Assembly: GCA_036513415.1 (NCBI GenBank)
Contig: DATBZA010000147.1
Coordinates: forward strand, 2,452-66,451
Length of the DNA stretch: 64,000 nt
Source of the DNA: Myxococcales bacterium
Lineage (GTDB): Bacteria > Myxococcota > Myxococcia > Myxococcales > 40CM-4-68-19
Direction of reading: 5' to 3'
Program-made: the position numbers and the translations under genes
Notes under the pieces: generated by a model
Seen by the model: the letters and a program-made list of their open reading frames with translations, nothing else
What the model was told of the DNA's origin: nothing
Database searches by the model: none
In this document: positions 27,341 to 38,262 of the stretch, one piece after another
Layout of the letters: each line of letters begins with the position of its first letter
Position numbering within the stretch: the first letter of the stretch is position 1

Positions 27341-30300
27341 GTGCTGAGCCGGATCCTCGTCGCCCTGGGACTCGCCGCCGCGGTCGTCTCCGCCGCAGCC
27401 GTGGCGTTCCTGCGCACGGATTTCGTCGCCAACAACCTCTGCGCCTACGCCGTGGCGACGATCGAAGAGGCCACCGCCGCTACGGTGCAGGTCTCCCGCT
27501 GCTCGGTGGAGCCGGAGCAGGGCAAACTCACCATCGAAGGGCTCCGCGTCGGCGATCCCGGAGGAAGGATCGATCTCAGGATCTCGCGCGTGTTCGCACA
27601 GGTGACGGTGCGGCCGCTGCTGCAGAAAGTGCGCCTGGAGCGGCTGGAGATCGACCACCCCGAGCTGCGGCTCGCGCTCGACCAGGGGGGCGCGGGGCCG
27701 CCATCGGGCGGGCAATGCCTCCCGGACCTGCTCGATCGTTTCGAGTTCGGGCGGGTCAAGGTGCGCAAGGCGAGCATGGAAGTGCGCACCGCGAACGGGC
27801 GCGTTTCCATCCCTCGCGCCGGTCTCGCCGTGAAGGGCCGCGGCGCGCAACTGGCGGTGAGCGTCTCCACGCGCGGCGGTTCGCTGGAGCTGCCCGGCCG
27901 GACCGTAGGCCTGATCTCCTCGCGCGTGGCGGGCATCGTCGACCTGCGCGGCACCGGCAACGTCGACCTGCGGCGCGCCGATCTGATCGGCACGGATCTC
28001 TCGCTCTTCGTCAAGGGCAAGGTGTGGGACCTCTGCGATCCCCAGATCGAAGTGGCCGCCAACGTCCGGGTGGACGATCTGGAGAGCGCGACCTCGCGGC
28101 TCATTCCGGGCGCGCTCCGCGGCGTCAAGGGCGGCATCTCCGCCGACGCAACGGTCTCGCTGCTCCGGGGCGCTCCGCATCTCAAGGGAGATCTCCGCCT
28201 CAAGGGCGTGGCGCTGGAAGGCTACTCCCCGGGCGATGGCCGCCTGCGCTTCGACCTGACGCCCGCGCGCGTCAAGGTCGATCGGCTGGAGCTACCGGTC
28301 GGGCACGGGCAGGTGAACGGCTCCCTCGAGCTGTCCATCGCCGATCCCGCCTTTCCGCTCAGCGCGGATCTGCTCTTGCGGGACATGGAGCTGAGCGAGC
28401 TGCTGCGCAAGCTGGGCCTGCCGCATGCCTGGGTCGTGTTGCGCGCGAGCGGGCGCGTGCAGGCGAAGGGCACCGGGGTGCCGTTCCGCCTGACCGGCGA
28501 GACGAGCCTGGAGCTGGCGGACTTCGCGGTGCTGGACCGCAGCTACGAGAAGAGGGCGCAGACCCAGAAGATGCTCGAGTTCGCGCGCGGACGGCTCGAG
28601 GGCGCGATCGAGGCGGACGCCGAGAAGATCGTCGCCCGAGGAGTCGCCGTGGAGGTAGGCGATTCCCGCATGCAGGTGGAGAGCACGTTCTTCACCGATC
28701 CCCGCAGGGGAATGGAGCTCGCCGCGCGCAGCGAGATCGTCAAGCTCGACGACCTGCGGGGCCACTTCGGGACGCTGCCGGCCCGGGGGACCCTGAAACT
28801 GGCGGCGCGCGTGAGCGGCCCCTACCAGGCGATCTCGATCGAGGGAAGTGCCTCTGCCCAAGGCGTGCGCTTCATGGACTTGTCGCTCGGCGAGCTCAGC
28901 GCGCAGGTGGGGTTCGACACCCGCTCGATGAAGCTGAGCTTCGCGGACATCCGCGGACACAAGGATCGGAGCGTCTACAAGGGGAGGATCGCCGTCGACT
29001 TGAGCACCGACGCTGCGCCGGTCGACGCGCATCTCGAGCTTCCGGATGCCTGGGCAGCCGACCTGGTCGATCTGGCGGTCGGTCTGGTCCCTGCCCTCTC
29101 GCTGGTTGACGACCCCGAGCGCCTCGACGGCCATCTCAACGGGCTGATCGACGTGAAGGGGCCGATCCTTTCGCCGGACGGGACGGCGTCGTTCAGCCTG
29201 GACGACGTGACGGTCTGGGGCGAGAGCTTCGACCAGGGTGTCGCTCGTTTCTCGCTCCACGGGAGGGAACCACGCCTCCAGGTCGAGGAGCTCACCCTGG
29301 GGCATGGCGACGCGGAGCTGCACGTGGCCGGCAGGCTCGGACCCGACTGGCGGATGGACTTCGAAGCGCGCACCGAGGGCTTCACGCTCGAGGACCTGGA
29401 CATGGTCGAGCGGGCGAAGCTCTCGGGTCCTCTGCGCGCGACCGCGCACATCGGCGGAACCGTCATGCACCCGCTGGTGGATCTGGCAGTGAAATTCACC
29501 CGGGGGATGGCGGGCGAGGCCGACCTGGGCGAGGGCGATCTCGCCGTGAGCCTCGATGGCATGGCGCTGACCTGGAAGGGCACCCTCGGGTCGCATGGGG
29601 TGCGGGGACAGGCATCGCTGGACGGCGACATGCCCTACACTTGCGCCGCCACCCTGCGCGTTCCCGAGCTTGCGAAATACCTCGATCTGTTCGCGCCCGA
29701 CGCCAGCATCCAGAGCGGCTCCCTCTCTGCTGCCGTCGAGCTGCGCGGGTTCTTGCTCAGGTGGCGCGAGAGCGCGGGCACGATGACGCTCTCGCAGCTG
29801 CGGATCGTCCGCAGCGACCTGGCTTTCGAGAACGACGGTCCCGCGCAGCTCTCGTTCGGCCCCGAAGGAGTCCGCACCCAGCGGCTCGCGCTGCGCGCCC
29901 CCTACACCACGGCGGTGCTCTCGGGCGGAAGGGCCCGCGACGGGAGGCTCGACCTGCGCCTGGGCGCGAGCATCGACGGTCGCGCTCTCCCGGGGCTGTT
30001 CCCGGATGTGGAGCACGCCTCCGGCACCTACCTGATCCAGGCGACGGTAGGCGGGACGGCGAAGAACCCCACCGTGCTCGGCAACGTCCGCATCGAGGAC
30101 GGAGCAGGGAGCCTCCGCGGCCTCCCGGTAGTGGCGCGCTCGCTGAACGGGAGCATCTCCTTCTCGCAGGATGCGCTGGTGATCGACTCGCTTTCGGGGA
30201 AGCTGAACAACGGCGAGGCACGGGTCTCGGGCGGCGTGGAGATGGAGCGGATGGTGCCCAGGAAGATCGACATGTCCGCCCGGATCACCGACGTCAACGT

Positions 30301-31264
30301 CCGCTTCCAGGAGAGCGTCGGGGCGACCGTGGACGGCGACCTGACGCTCCACGGCCCGCCGCTGGAACCGGTGCTCGGGGGCAACCTGATCCTCTCGCAG
30401 ATGAAGTACACGGAGGACGTGGAGATCGAGAAGTCGCTCCTCGACTTCTCGCGCCGGCCGCCGACTCCGAAAGTATTGGCCAAGAGCGCCGTGGTGGTGC
30501 GCTTCGACCTCGACGTGCACCTCTCCCGCGGCGTGCGCATCGAGAACAACCTCGCCCGCACCGATCTCAAAGGCGACCTCAAGGTCACCGGCACCTCCCG
30601 CTCCATCGGCTTGCTCGGCAGCATCAATACCGTTCTCGGCACCGCCACCTTCCGGGGGAACGAGTTCCAGATCGAGCAGGGCGTCCTCACCTTCACCGAC
30701 CGGCAGCGTATCCGGCCGAGCTTCGACCTCCAGGCCACCTCGCAGGTGAAGGAGTACAAGGTCCGGTTGCATGCCTTCGGGACGCCCGGCGAGCCGCACC
30801 TTTCGCTCAGCTCCGATCCGATGCTCGCGGAAGGCGACCTCGGATTCCTCCTCACCTTCGGCTTCGTCTCGCAGAACCTCCAGCACAGCACCTTCTCGGC
30901 CGCCGACTCGGGCCTGGCGATCGGGATCGAGGCGCTGAACCGCGCCACCGGGTTCTCGGCGGAGGTGCGCCGCTTCATCCCCAAGAACCCGATCCTCCGC
31001 GACCCGAGCATCGACTTCGCCAGCGAGTTCTCGTCGGACACCAACCGGCTGGAGCCGATGGCCCGATTCCAGTCGGGGCTCCTCACCGATCGGCTCGACC
31101 TGCACATCATGCAGGGCCTGAAGACGCGCCGGTACCGCGGCGTGGTCGGCTACCAGCTTTCGGACTCCATCTCCGCCCGGTTCCAGTTGGACAACGAGCA
31201 CAGCACCACCGGCACCGGCACCGACTTCGGGCTCGACCTCCACTTGAAATGGGAGGGCGATTAG
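27341..31264 (+). CDS. tamB: translocation/assembly module protein TamB-like (DUF490)
   Basis: GTG 27341 lies within ORF 27173..31264. N-terminal signal-anchor (ILVALGLAAAVVSAAAVAF), a ~1300-aa repetitive beta-rich body and a DUF490-like C-terminus. Confidence 0.8.
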   Translation: MLSRILVALGLAAAVVSAAAVAFLRTDFVANNLCAYAVATIEEATAATVQVSRCSVEPEQGKLTIEGLRVGDPGGRIDLRISRVFAQVTVRPLLQKVRLERLEIDHPELRLALDQGGAGPPSGGQCLPDLLDRFEFGRVKVRKASMEVRTANGRVSIPRAGLAVKGRGAQLAVSVSTRGGSLELPGRTVGLISSRVAGIVDLRGTGNVDLRRADLIGTDLSLFVKGKVWDLCDPQIEVAANVRVDDLESATSRLIPGALRGVKGGISADATVSLLRGAPHLKGDLRLKGVALEGYSPGDGRLRFDLTPARVKVDRLELPVGHGQVNGSLELSIADPAFPLSADLLLRDMELSELLRKLGLPHAWVVLRASGRVQAKGTGVPFRLTGETSLELADFAVLDRSYEKRAQTQKMLEFARGRLEGAIEADAEKIVARGVAVEVGDSRMQVESTFFTDPRRGMELAARSEIVKLDDLRGHFGTLPARGTLKLAARVSGPYQAISIEGSASAQGVRFMDLSLGELSAQVGFDTRSMKLSFADIRGHKDRSVYKGRIAVDLSTDAAPVDAHLELPDAWAADLVDLAVGLVPALSLVDDPERLDGHLNGLIDVKGPILSPDGTASFSLDDVTVWGESFDQGVARFSLHGREPRLQVEELTLGHGDAELHVAGRLGPDWRMDFEARTEGFTLEDLDMVERAKLSGPLRATAHIGGTVMHPLVDLAVKFTRGMAGEADLGEGDLAVSLDGMALTWKGTLGSHGVRGQASLDGDMPYTCAATLRVPELAKYLDLFAPDASIQSGSLSAAVELRGFLLRWRESAGTMTLSQLRIVRSDLAFENDGPAQLSFGPEGVRTQRLALRAPYTTAVLSGGRARDGRLDLRLGASIDGRALPGLFPDVEHASGTYLIQATVGGTAKNPTVLGNVRIEDGAGSLRGLPVVARSLNGSISFSQDALVIDSLSGKLNNGEARVSGGVEMERMVPRKIDMSARITDVNVRFQESVGATVDGDLTLHGPPLEPVLGGNLILSQMKYTEDVEIEKSLLDFSRRPPTPKVLAKSAVVVRFDLDVHLSRGVRIENNLARTDLKGDLKVTGTSRSIGLLGSINTVLGTATFRGNEFQIEQGVLTFTDRQRIRPSFDLQATSQVKEYKVRLHAFGTPGEPHLSLSSDPMLAEGDLGFLLTFGFVSQNLQHSTFSAADSGLAIGIEALNRATGFSAEVRRFIPKNPILRDPSIDFASEFSSDTNRLEPMARFQSGLLTDRLDLHIMQGLKTRRYRGVVGYQLSDSISARFQLDNEHSTTGTGTDFGLDLHLKWEGD

Positions 31265-34200
31265 TTGATCGGCATTCTCTGTGCGCTCTTCCTCGCGCAG
31301 GCGTCGCCCCAGGAGCCACCGCGTGTGGGGGAGGTCGTGTTCGAAGGCGCGGATGCGGAGTCCGTCCGCGCGCTGGTGGAGGTGCAGCCCGGCCAGCTGC
31401 TGGATGCCCGCGACGTGCGCGACGCGGTGCGTGCGCTGCACGCGAGCGCCCGGTTCTCCCGCGTGGCCGCGTACGCGGAGCCGATGGGCGACGGGCGCGT
31501 GCGGCTGGTCTTCGTGCTCACCGGGATCGAGAAGCTGGTCTCGGTCAGCTTCACGGGCCAGAGGGCCCTCGCCGAGAGCGTCCTGCTGCAGAACGCAAAC
31601 CTCCAGGTGAACGCCGAGTTCCAGCCGGAGCAGGTGGGGCCGGCCGTCGAGGCCGTGCAGGCGGCGTACTTCCGCATCGGGTACCGGCACGCGCAGGTCA
31701 CTCCGGTGAGCAAGGCGGCGCCGGGCGGTCTGGCGCTCGAGTTTCGTGTCGATGAGGGGCCGCCGACGCGCGTTTCGGAGGTGCGGTTCGAGGGCGACCT
31801 GGCGCTCGACCGCGACCAGCTCGCCGCTGCCTTCAGGCTCGAGCAGGGCGACGTGCTGAACCTGGTCGTCCTCGACGAGGCCCTTCGCCGGGTCCGCGAG
31901 CGCTACCGGCTGGCGGGAAGGCTGCGCGCCCGCGTCGACCCGGCCCGCATCGTGGAGGCGGGCGGGAGCGAGGCGCGCATCGTGGTCCCGGTGGCCGCGG
32001 GTCCGCTGGTGCGCTTCAACCTGCGCGGGAACCGGGTCTTCTCCGACGCCGTGCTGGCCTCCCACCTCGTCCTCGACTCCGACGATCCCCTCGACGCCCA
32101 GGCTGCGCAGGAGCTGGCGGGCCGCCTGCGCCGCTTCTACGTCACGGCCGGGTTCCTCCGCGCGCGGGTCGCCGAGCGGGCGATGGTCGCCCGCGATGGC
32201 GCCGAAGAGGTGGTGTTCACCATCGACGAGGGCTTGCAAGTGCGCGTGGAGCGGCTGGTCTTCAGCGGAAACAAGGCGGTTCCTACCGCGCAGCTCCGCG
32301 AGCGCGTCCTGCTGCTCTTGCGCGACACCATCCCGCGCGATCCCGCCGTCGCGGCGGATCCGGCGACGCTGGAGCTGACCGGCCTGATGGGGAGGGTCCG
32401 GGGAGCCCGCCCGCCGCGCATCACCGTGGACCCCGACACGGTCTTCGATCCGGTGGTGTACGCGCGCGCATTGAAGCAGATGGAAGACCTCTACAAGTCG
32501 CAGGGCTACCTCTCCGTCCGGGCGGGACCGCCCCGGCTGGAGCCCATCGGCGGGAACCCGGGCCGCGTCGAGGTCACCATTCCCATCAAGGAGGGCGAGC
32601 AGACCCGGGTGGCACGCGTCCTGGTCGAGGGAGGCGGCGACGTGGCCCCCTCCGAGCTGGACGCGGCCATCATCCTGCGCAGCGGGCGGCCATTCAGCTT
32701 TCTGCAGGCGGAGGAGGGGCGCACGGCACTGACGCAGATCTTCACCCGGCGCGGCCACCTCTACGCCCGGGTCGAGGACGAGGAGGAGTTCCAGGACGCG
32801 CAGGACGGCGTCTCGCGCGTCGACGTCCGCTACCGCATCCAGCCAGGTCCCGTCGTCCGGGTCGGCTACGTCGAGGTGGTGGGAAACCGGCGCACCATCG
32901 AGGCGCTGGTGCTGGACCTGGTGGGCCTCAAGCGGGGTGACCTGCTCACCCCGGAGGCGATCGACCGGGGCCAGCAGTCGCTGCTGAGCACGGGCCTGTT
33001 CTTCTCCGCCACGCTGACGCCGCGCAATCCCGAGGTCCCGGAGGGCGAGAAGACCCTCCAGATCCAGCTCCGGGAACGGCCGACGCGGAACTTCCAGGCC
33101 AGCATGGGCTTCTCGCTCGCCGACGGACCTCGCGTCACCCTGCAATGGACCCAGGGCAACATCCTGGGGCGCAACCTCACCTTCACGGCGGTGGGCAAAG
33201 CCGACTTCCCCTTTACCCGCTTCCAGACCCGAGTCTGCCCGGACCGTTCCACCGACGTGGCGCAGTGCGAGACCCGCTACGTGTTTCCGCCGGGGATCCC
33301 GATCGAGCGCGTCATCGACCTGGGTCTCTCCGCGCCGCGGCTGCACGGGCTCACCGACGCGCTGCGCGCGGGCATCGACCTGATCCACGAGCGCGCGCTC
33401 CGGCTGTCCTACGACCTGACGAAGTACTCGGCACAGTTGGGAGTCGACTTGACCCGGCGCGCCCCGTTCACCGCGGGCGTCGCATACGAGGTCGGCTACC
33501 AGGAGCTGACCGTCGGCGCGCGATCGGTCGAAGACGTGCTCGCCGGAATCGACCAGCGCATCTTCCGCCTTCCGCCCGGGAAGATGCTGTTCGGCTCGCT
33601 GCGCCCATACCTGACCTTCGATCTCCGCGACGATCCCGTCCGGCCCCGCTCCGGTTTCCTCTTTTCGATGACCAGCGACTATTTCCGGACGTTCCGCGGC
33701 AGCGATACCCAGGAGGTCGGACAGATTCACGTCAACTTGCTGAGGCTGCAGGGCCTCGCCGCCGCTTACCTGCCGCTGCCGGCGCTCTCCAGCTTCGTGG
33801 TTTCGGCTCGCGGCGGGCGCGTGGTCCAACTCGACGCCCAATCCCTGACTCCCGGGGACCGCCGGTTCTATCTCGGCGGCGCCACGTCCCTGCGGGGCTT
33901 TCACGAGGACGCCCTGCAGCCGCAGGACCTGATCGACCAGCTCCATGCGCAGGTCCGCGCCTGCTCGGCGACTCTGACCGACTTCGCTTGCACGCCACAG
34001 GCGCAGCTCCTTGCGGCCGGAGGGACCAGCGACGGCGGCGATCAGTTCGTGGCGCTGACTGCCGAGCTCCGCCTCGCCTTCACCGATTCGTTCGAGCTGG
34101 GGCTGTTCTGGGATGCGGGGAACCTCTGGCGGACCCCGACCAGCATCCTGCACAACCTGGTGCTGCGGAACGCGGTGGGCACGGGTTTGCGCTGGCTCAC

Positions 34201-34303
34201 GCCCATCGGGCGGGTGGCGATGGACGTCGGCATCAACGTCTCGCCGGATGCGCTGCTGGGGGAGCCGCGGTACGGCTTCTACTTCTCCATCGGACCGATC
34301 TGA
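31265..34303 (+). CDS. BamA/TamA (Omp85) family outer membrane protein with an extended POTRA region
   Basis: 1012 aa. Repeated POTRA-like units (V..V.F.G...) and a C-terminal beta-barrel (GGATSLRGF, LRWLTPIGRVAMDVG). Non-ATG start (TTG) directly after the tamB stop. Confidence 0.85.
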   Translation: MIGILCALFLAQASPQEPPRVGEVVFEGADAESVRALVEVQPGQLLDARDVRDAVRALHASARFSRVAAYAEPMGDGRVRLVFVLTGIEKLVSVSFTGQRALAESVLLQNANLQVNAEFQPEQVGPAVEAVQAAYFRIGYRHAQVTPVSKAAPGGLALEFRVDEGPPTRVSEVRFEGDLALDRDQLAAAFRLEQGDVLNLVVLDEALRRVRERYRLAGRLRARVDPARIVEAGGSEARIVVPVAAGPLVRFNLRGNRVFSDAVLASHLVLDSDDPLDAQAAQELAGRLRRFYVTAGFLRARVAERAMVARDGAEEVVFTIDEGLQVRVERLVFSGNKAVPTAQLRERVLLLLRDTIPRDPAVAADPATLELTGLMGRVRGARPPRITVDPDTVFDPVVYARALKQMEDLYKSQGYLSVRAGPPRLEPIGGNPGRVEVTIPIKEGEQTRVARVLVEGGGDVAPSELDAAIILRSGRPFSFLQAEEGRTALTQIFTRRGHLYARVEDEEEFQDAQDGVSRVDVRYRIQPGPVVRVGYVEVVGNRRTIEALVLDLVGLKRGDLLTPEAIDRGQQSLLSTGLFFSATLTPRNPEVPEGEKTLQIQLRERPTRNFQASMGFSLADGPRVTLQWTQGNILGRNLTFTAVGKADFPFTRFQTRVCPDRSTDVAQCETRYVFPPGIPIERVIDLGLSAPRLHGLTDALRAGIDLIHERALRLSYDLTKYSAQLGVDLTRRAPFTAGVAYEVGYQELTVGARSVEDVLAGIDQRIFRLPPGKMLFGSLRPYLTFDLRDDPVRPRSGFLFSMTSDYFRTFRGSDTQEVGQIHVNLLRLQGLAAAYLPLPALSSFVVSARGGRVVQLDAQSLTPGDRRFYLGGATSLRGFHEDALQPQDLIDQLHAQVRACSATLTDFACTPQAQLLAAGGTSDGGDQFVALTAELRLAFTDSFELGLFWDAGNLWRTPTSILHNLVLRNAVGTGLRWLTPIGRVAMDVGINVSPDALLGEPRYGFYFSIGPI

Positions 34304-34306
34304 GCG

Positions 34307-35578
34307 CTATCTTCCCGGCAGCGGTCCCCACGCCGGGTCCGCGGCCCCCACCTTCTCCGAGGTGACCTGCCGCGGGTTCGAGCCGTCGGGCAGCACCAGC
34401 CAGATCTGCCGCTTCCCCCCGCGCGTCGAGGAGAAGAGCAGGTAGCGCCCGTTCGGGGCCCAGGCCGGCTTCTCGTTGGTGCCCTGGTTCTGCGTCAGCC
34501 GCGCCACCTTTCCGCTGTCCACCGCCAGGGTGTAGACGTCGAAGACCCGATGCTCGTCGCGGCCGGAGAACGCGATCAGGTCGCCCTTGGGGCTCCAGGC
34601 CGGCTCCTGGTTGTAGTTGCCCTGGAAGGTGAGCCGGCGCACGTCGGAGCCGTCCGCCGCCATGCTGTAGATCTGGGGCGTTCCGGCGCGGTCGGAGACG
34701 AATGCGACCCGCTTGCCGTCGGGGCTCCAGGATGCGGAGATGTCGATCCCGCGCGATTCGGTGATGCGCCGGGGGCCGCTGCCGTCCGTCTTCGCGAGCC
34801 AGACGTCGGTGTTGTCGTTCTGCGAAGCGGAGAACAGCAGGCGGGAACCGTCCGGCGAGTACGAGGCGCCGGTGGTGAAGTCGCCCATCAGGACGAGTGA
34901 CCGGATCTGCCGGGTGACGGCGTCGACCGTGTAGAGGTGCGCGCCGCCGCCGTCGCGGAAGCTGGTGAAAGCGATGACCTTGCCGTCCGGGGTCCAGGCA
35001 GGAAGCAGATTGATGGAGGCGGTGGTGAGCTGCTGCGGCGCATACCCGTCCCAGTCGGACACCACGATCTGCTTGTCGCCGTCGCCCTCGCGGACGTAGG
35101 CGATGCGGGTCTGGAAGACGCCGGGCTCGCGCGTGAAGAACCGCACCACGTCGTCGCCGAAGCGGTGCGCGGCGAGGCGGCCAGCTTGCCGCGGCGCCGT
35201 GTAGGTGCCGTGCAGCAGCTCCTGGCCGCGCGTGACGTCGTACAGGCGCATGTCGCACACGACGTCCGTGCCCGATTCTTCGCAGCTCGTCTTCACCAGC
35301 GCCTGGGCCCCGACCGCCTGCCATTTCGGGAAGTCGATCACGGTCAGCCCTTCGCCGGGCGGCGCGAGGAACGAAGCGGGATCGAGGAGACGGAACAGGC
35401 CGCTGCGCTCGAAGTCCTGGGCCAGCACGGCCTGGATCGCCGCGCCGGCTTCCTGCGCGCCCGCCGGGGGCGCGATGGCGAGCGGCAACGGCTGGACGCG
35501 GCCGCCAGAGAGATCGATCACGGGCCGGTCGGAAGCCGCGAGCAGCAGGGCGAGGAGGAGGGCAGAGGTCACGGGCAT
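34307..35578 (-). CDS. tolB: Tol-Pal system beta-propeller protein TolB (PD40 repeats)
   Basis: Signal peptide, a TolB N-domain and repeated PD40 motifs (SPDGK..AF.S.R.G...IY). Confidence 0.88.
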   Translation of the reverse strand: MPVTSALLLALLLAASDRPVIDLSGGRVQPLPLAIAPPAGAQEAGAAIQAVLAQDFERSGLFRLLDPASFLAPPGEGLTVIDFPKWQAVGAQALVKTSCEESGTDVVCDMRLYDVTRGQELLHGTYTAPRQAGRLAAHRFGDDVVRFFTREPGVFQTRIAYVREGDGDKQIVVSDWDGYAPQQLTTASINLLPAWTPDGKVIAFTSFRDGGGAHLYTVDAVTRQIRSLVLMGDFTTGASYSPDGSRLLFSASQNDNTDVWLAKTDGSGPRRITESRGIDISASWSPDGKRVAFVSDRAGTPQIYSMAADGSDVRRLTFQGNYNQEPAWSPKGDLIAFSGRDEHRVFDVYTLAVDSGKVARLTQNQGTNEKPAWAPNGRYLLFSSTRGGKRQIWLVLPDGSNPRQVTSEKVGAADPAWGPLPGR

Positions 35579-35579
35579 C

Positions 35580-36304
35580 TCAAGGTCTGAAGTTCAGGAC
35601 GACGCCGCTGTCGCGGAGCGAGCGCGCCAGATCGGGAGGAGGCGGAGGGAGCTTCGCCTTCTGGATCGCGAGCTCCAGCGCCTGATCGAAGAACGTGTTG
35701 CCGGACTTCTTCTGGATTTCGTGCTTGAGGATGCGGCCGTCGGGCCCGATGTACGCCAGCACGGAGGCGGCGAGGTAGAGCCGCTCGCGCTCCGAGATCA
35801 CCGAAGGCACCACGTACTGTTCGAGGATCGCGTCGTGCACCGCGGTGAAGTAGGCGTCGCCTTCCTCGGCGCTGGCGGCGGTGCCTTGCGCGGAGCCGGC
35901 CGCGGTTCCGGCCCGCTCCGGGTCCGGGGGCTCTTGCGATTCCGGGGTCGCCTTCCCTGCCGCCCGGGCCAGCGCCCGGTCCATCATCTCCTGCCGGGAG
36001 GGCTCGCGCTTCTGGGCAGTCGACGGCGGCGCCGTCCGGGTCGAGGGGACCAGGGGAGCGGCGCTGGCGGAAGGGGCCGGCGGTGGCGACTCCTTGCGCG
36101 GCAGCAGCTTCGGATCCCGCGGCCGGCCGAGCGCCACCATGTGCGCGATGATGGGCTTGCGCAGCGGGGGGGCTCGATCGAAGAGGCGCGGGAGCACCAG
36201 CGCAGCGGCGAAGATGGCCAGATGCAGCAGCGTAGCGAGCGCGAGCGCGGGGAAGGCGGGCATCCGCCCTTGCGGCGCGAGCAGGCTGCGCGGAGCGCTC
36301 TCGC

Positions 36305-36308
<4 letters not shown>
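35580..36308 (-). CDS. TonB/TolA-like energy transducer (TonB C-terminal domain)
   Basis: N-terminal TM, a Pro-rich spacer and a C-terminal TonB-type domain (..ASVLAYIGPDGRILKHEIQKKSGN..FD.A...A). Confidence 0.75.
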
Positions 36309-36732
<424 letters not shown>

Positions 36733-36733
<1 letters not shown>

Positions 36734-37434
36734 CAGGCGGCCTTCTTGAAGATGTGCCGCTTGATGATGTTGAGGAAGTCGGCGCTGAAGTTGCGCATCT
36801 CGTTGTCCAGCACGCGGATCCGCGAATTGAAGGCGTTGTAGGCAACCAGCGCGGGGATGGCCGCGAACAGGCCCACCGCGGTAGCGACCAGTGCCTCGCT
36901 GATCGGCCGCGCCACCGTGGCAAGGTTCGCGTTGCCGGCCGCGTAGATGTCCCGGAACGCTCCCATGATGCCCCAGACGGTCCCGAACAGGCCGACGAAG
37001 GGCGCCGCGGCGGCGGTGGTGCCGAGGAAGGGAATGCTCTGCTCAAGCGTGGTCAGCTCCGCGTTGGCGGCCCGGGCCAGCGCACGCTCGACGTTCTCGA
37101 ATCCGCCCAGCTGGTCGTGGAGCGAGCCTTCCTCGGTGGTGGCGGGCTGCGCTTGCGTCACCTTGGACAGCTCGACGTAGCCCGCGCGGAAGACCTGGGC
37201 GACCGGGCTCACCGGCATCTGCTCGCTCGCGGTGTAGATGGAATCGAGCCGCTTGCTCCGCCAGAAGGTCTCCAGGAACTTGAGGGTCTCCGCCTGCGCC
37301 CGGCGCAGGTGCAGGAGCTTGCGGAAGATGATGGTCCAGCTGGCGAGGGACGAGAGCACGAGGATGATCAGCACGCCGCTGACGACCGGGCCGCCGTGCG
37401 TGACCAACTCGACGTAATTGAGGCTGCCGTTCAT
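36733..37434 (-). CDS. tolQ: MotA/TolQ/ExbB proton channel family protein
   Basis: Internal ATG 37434 (MNGSLNYVELV) of ORF 36733..37551. PFLGTTAAAAPFVGLFGTVWGIM motif. Confidence 0.9.
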
Positions 37435-37574
37435 GGCGGGCGCGGTTCTCCCTCGCAGCGTTTGTACTGTCAACGCGGGAAGAACGGGAAAAGATCCAGG
37501 GGTGTGACCTCGGCTCACCTCGGAAGGTCTGAATGAAGGCGGTTGTTGCACGTCCCAGCAGGAAGGAGGGTCGC

Positions 37575-38249
37575 ATGCGCCGGATGCTCATTCTCTCGCT
37601 CGCCGCAGCCGCTGCATGCGGTGGGCCCAGCCGGTCGGACCTCATCATCGACTGGACGTTCGAAGGCAAGCCCTGCGCGGACGCGGGCGTCGCCGAGATC
37701 CACTTCGCGATCGCCAACGAAGTGCTGACACCGGATCATTTCACCTGCGGCCAGGCGCCTGGTGGAGTCGATCTCGGGTCCTTCCTGGTCGGCGACTATC
37801 AGCTGACGATCACCGGCTTCGACGGCGCGAACGCCCCGACCCACCAGATCGTCCAGACGCTACAAGTCCGCGGCAGGAGCGGCGGGCGCGACGAGGTCGC
37901 GGTTGACGTCCCGCGCGTGAAGAACTCGACGACCGCCGATCTGACCTGGACGTTCTCGCCAGGCCCGGACTGCGCCACGGCCAACGTGCAGCAAGTGACC
38001 ATCTACGTCGACCCGAACCCGGACGGGACCGGCGGGACCAACGCGGGCACCGTCGCTTGCAGCACCCTGGGAACGCAGGGCGCCTCCATTGCGCCGCTCA
38101 CGCCGGGGACGCACACGTTCGCCATCGTCGGTCTGCGGTCGCTCCCCAACGGTCTGACTCCCGTGTACAGGACGCACACTCCGGTCGCCGCGTTCTTCCA
38201 AGAAAGCCTGTTCACCAACGTGATGGTGAGGGCCGAACCGACGCCGTGA
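37575..38249 (+). CDS. putative lipoprotein with two tandem Cys-pair domains
   Basis: GGAAGGAGGG RBS before ATG 37575 and lipobox LAAAAAC. Internal duplication: DWTFEGKPCADAGV..IHFAI versus LTWTFSPGPDCATANV..VTIYV. Confidence 0.7.
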   Translation: MRRMLILSLAAAAACGGPSRSDLIIDWTFEGKPCADAGVAEIHFAIANEVLTPDHFTCGQAPGGVDLGSFLVGDYQLTITGFDGANAPTHQIVQTLQVRGRSGGRDEVAVDVPRVKNSTTADLTWTFSPGPDCATANVQQVTIYVDPNPDGTGGTNAGTVACSTLGTQGASIAPLTPGTHTFAIVGLRSLPNGLTPVYRTHTPVAAFFQESLFTNVMVRAEPTP

Positions 38250-38262
38250 TACAGACCGATCA

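Noticed and set aside
28292-34153. A 1953-aa minus-strand ORF, and similar giants (47372..51568 upstream part, 4976..7072, 14400..16085, 23939..26158, 42501..44576, 18144..19658).
   Set aside because: They are antisense or off-frame to genes with clear family motifs (TamB/Omp85, pilMN, pilQ, TPR, S41 peptidase). Their composition is dominated by Arg/Ala/Gly/Pro/Asp, as expected for stop-poor frames in high-GC DNA. They have no domains and no RBS context.
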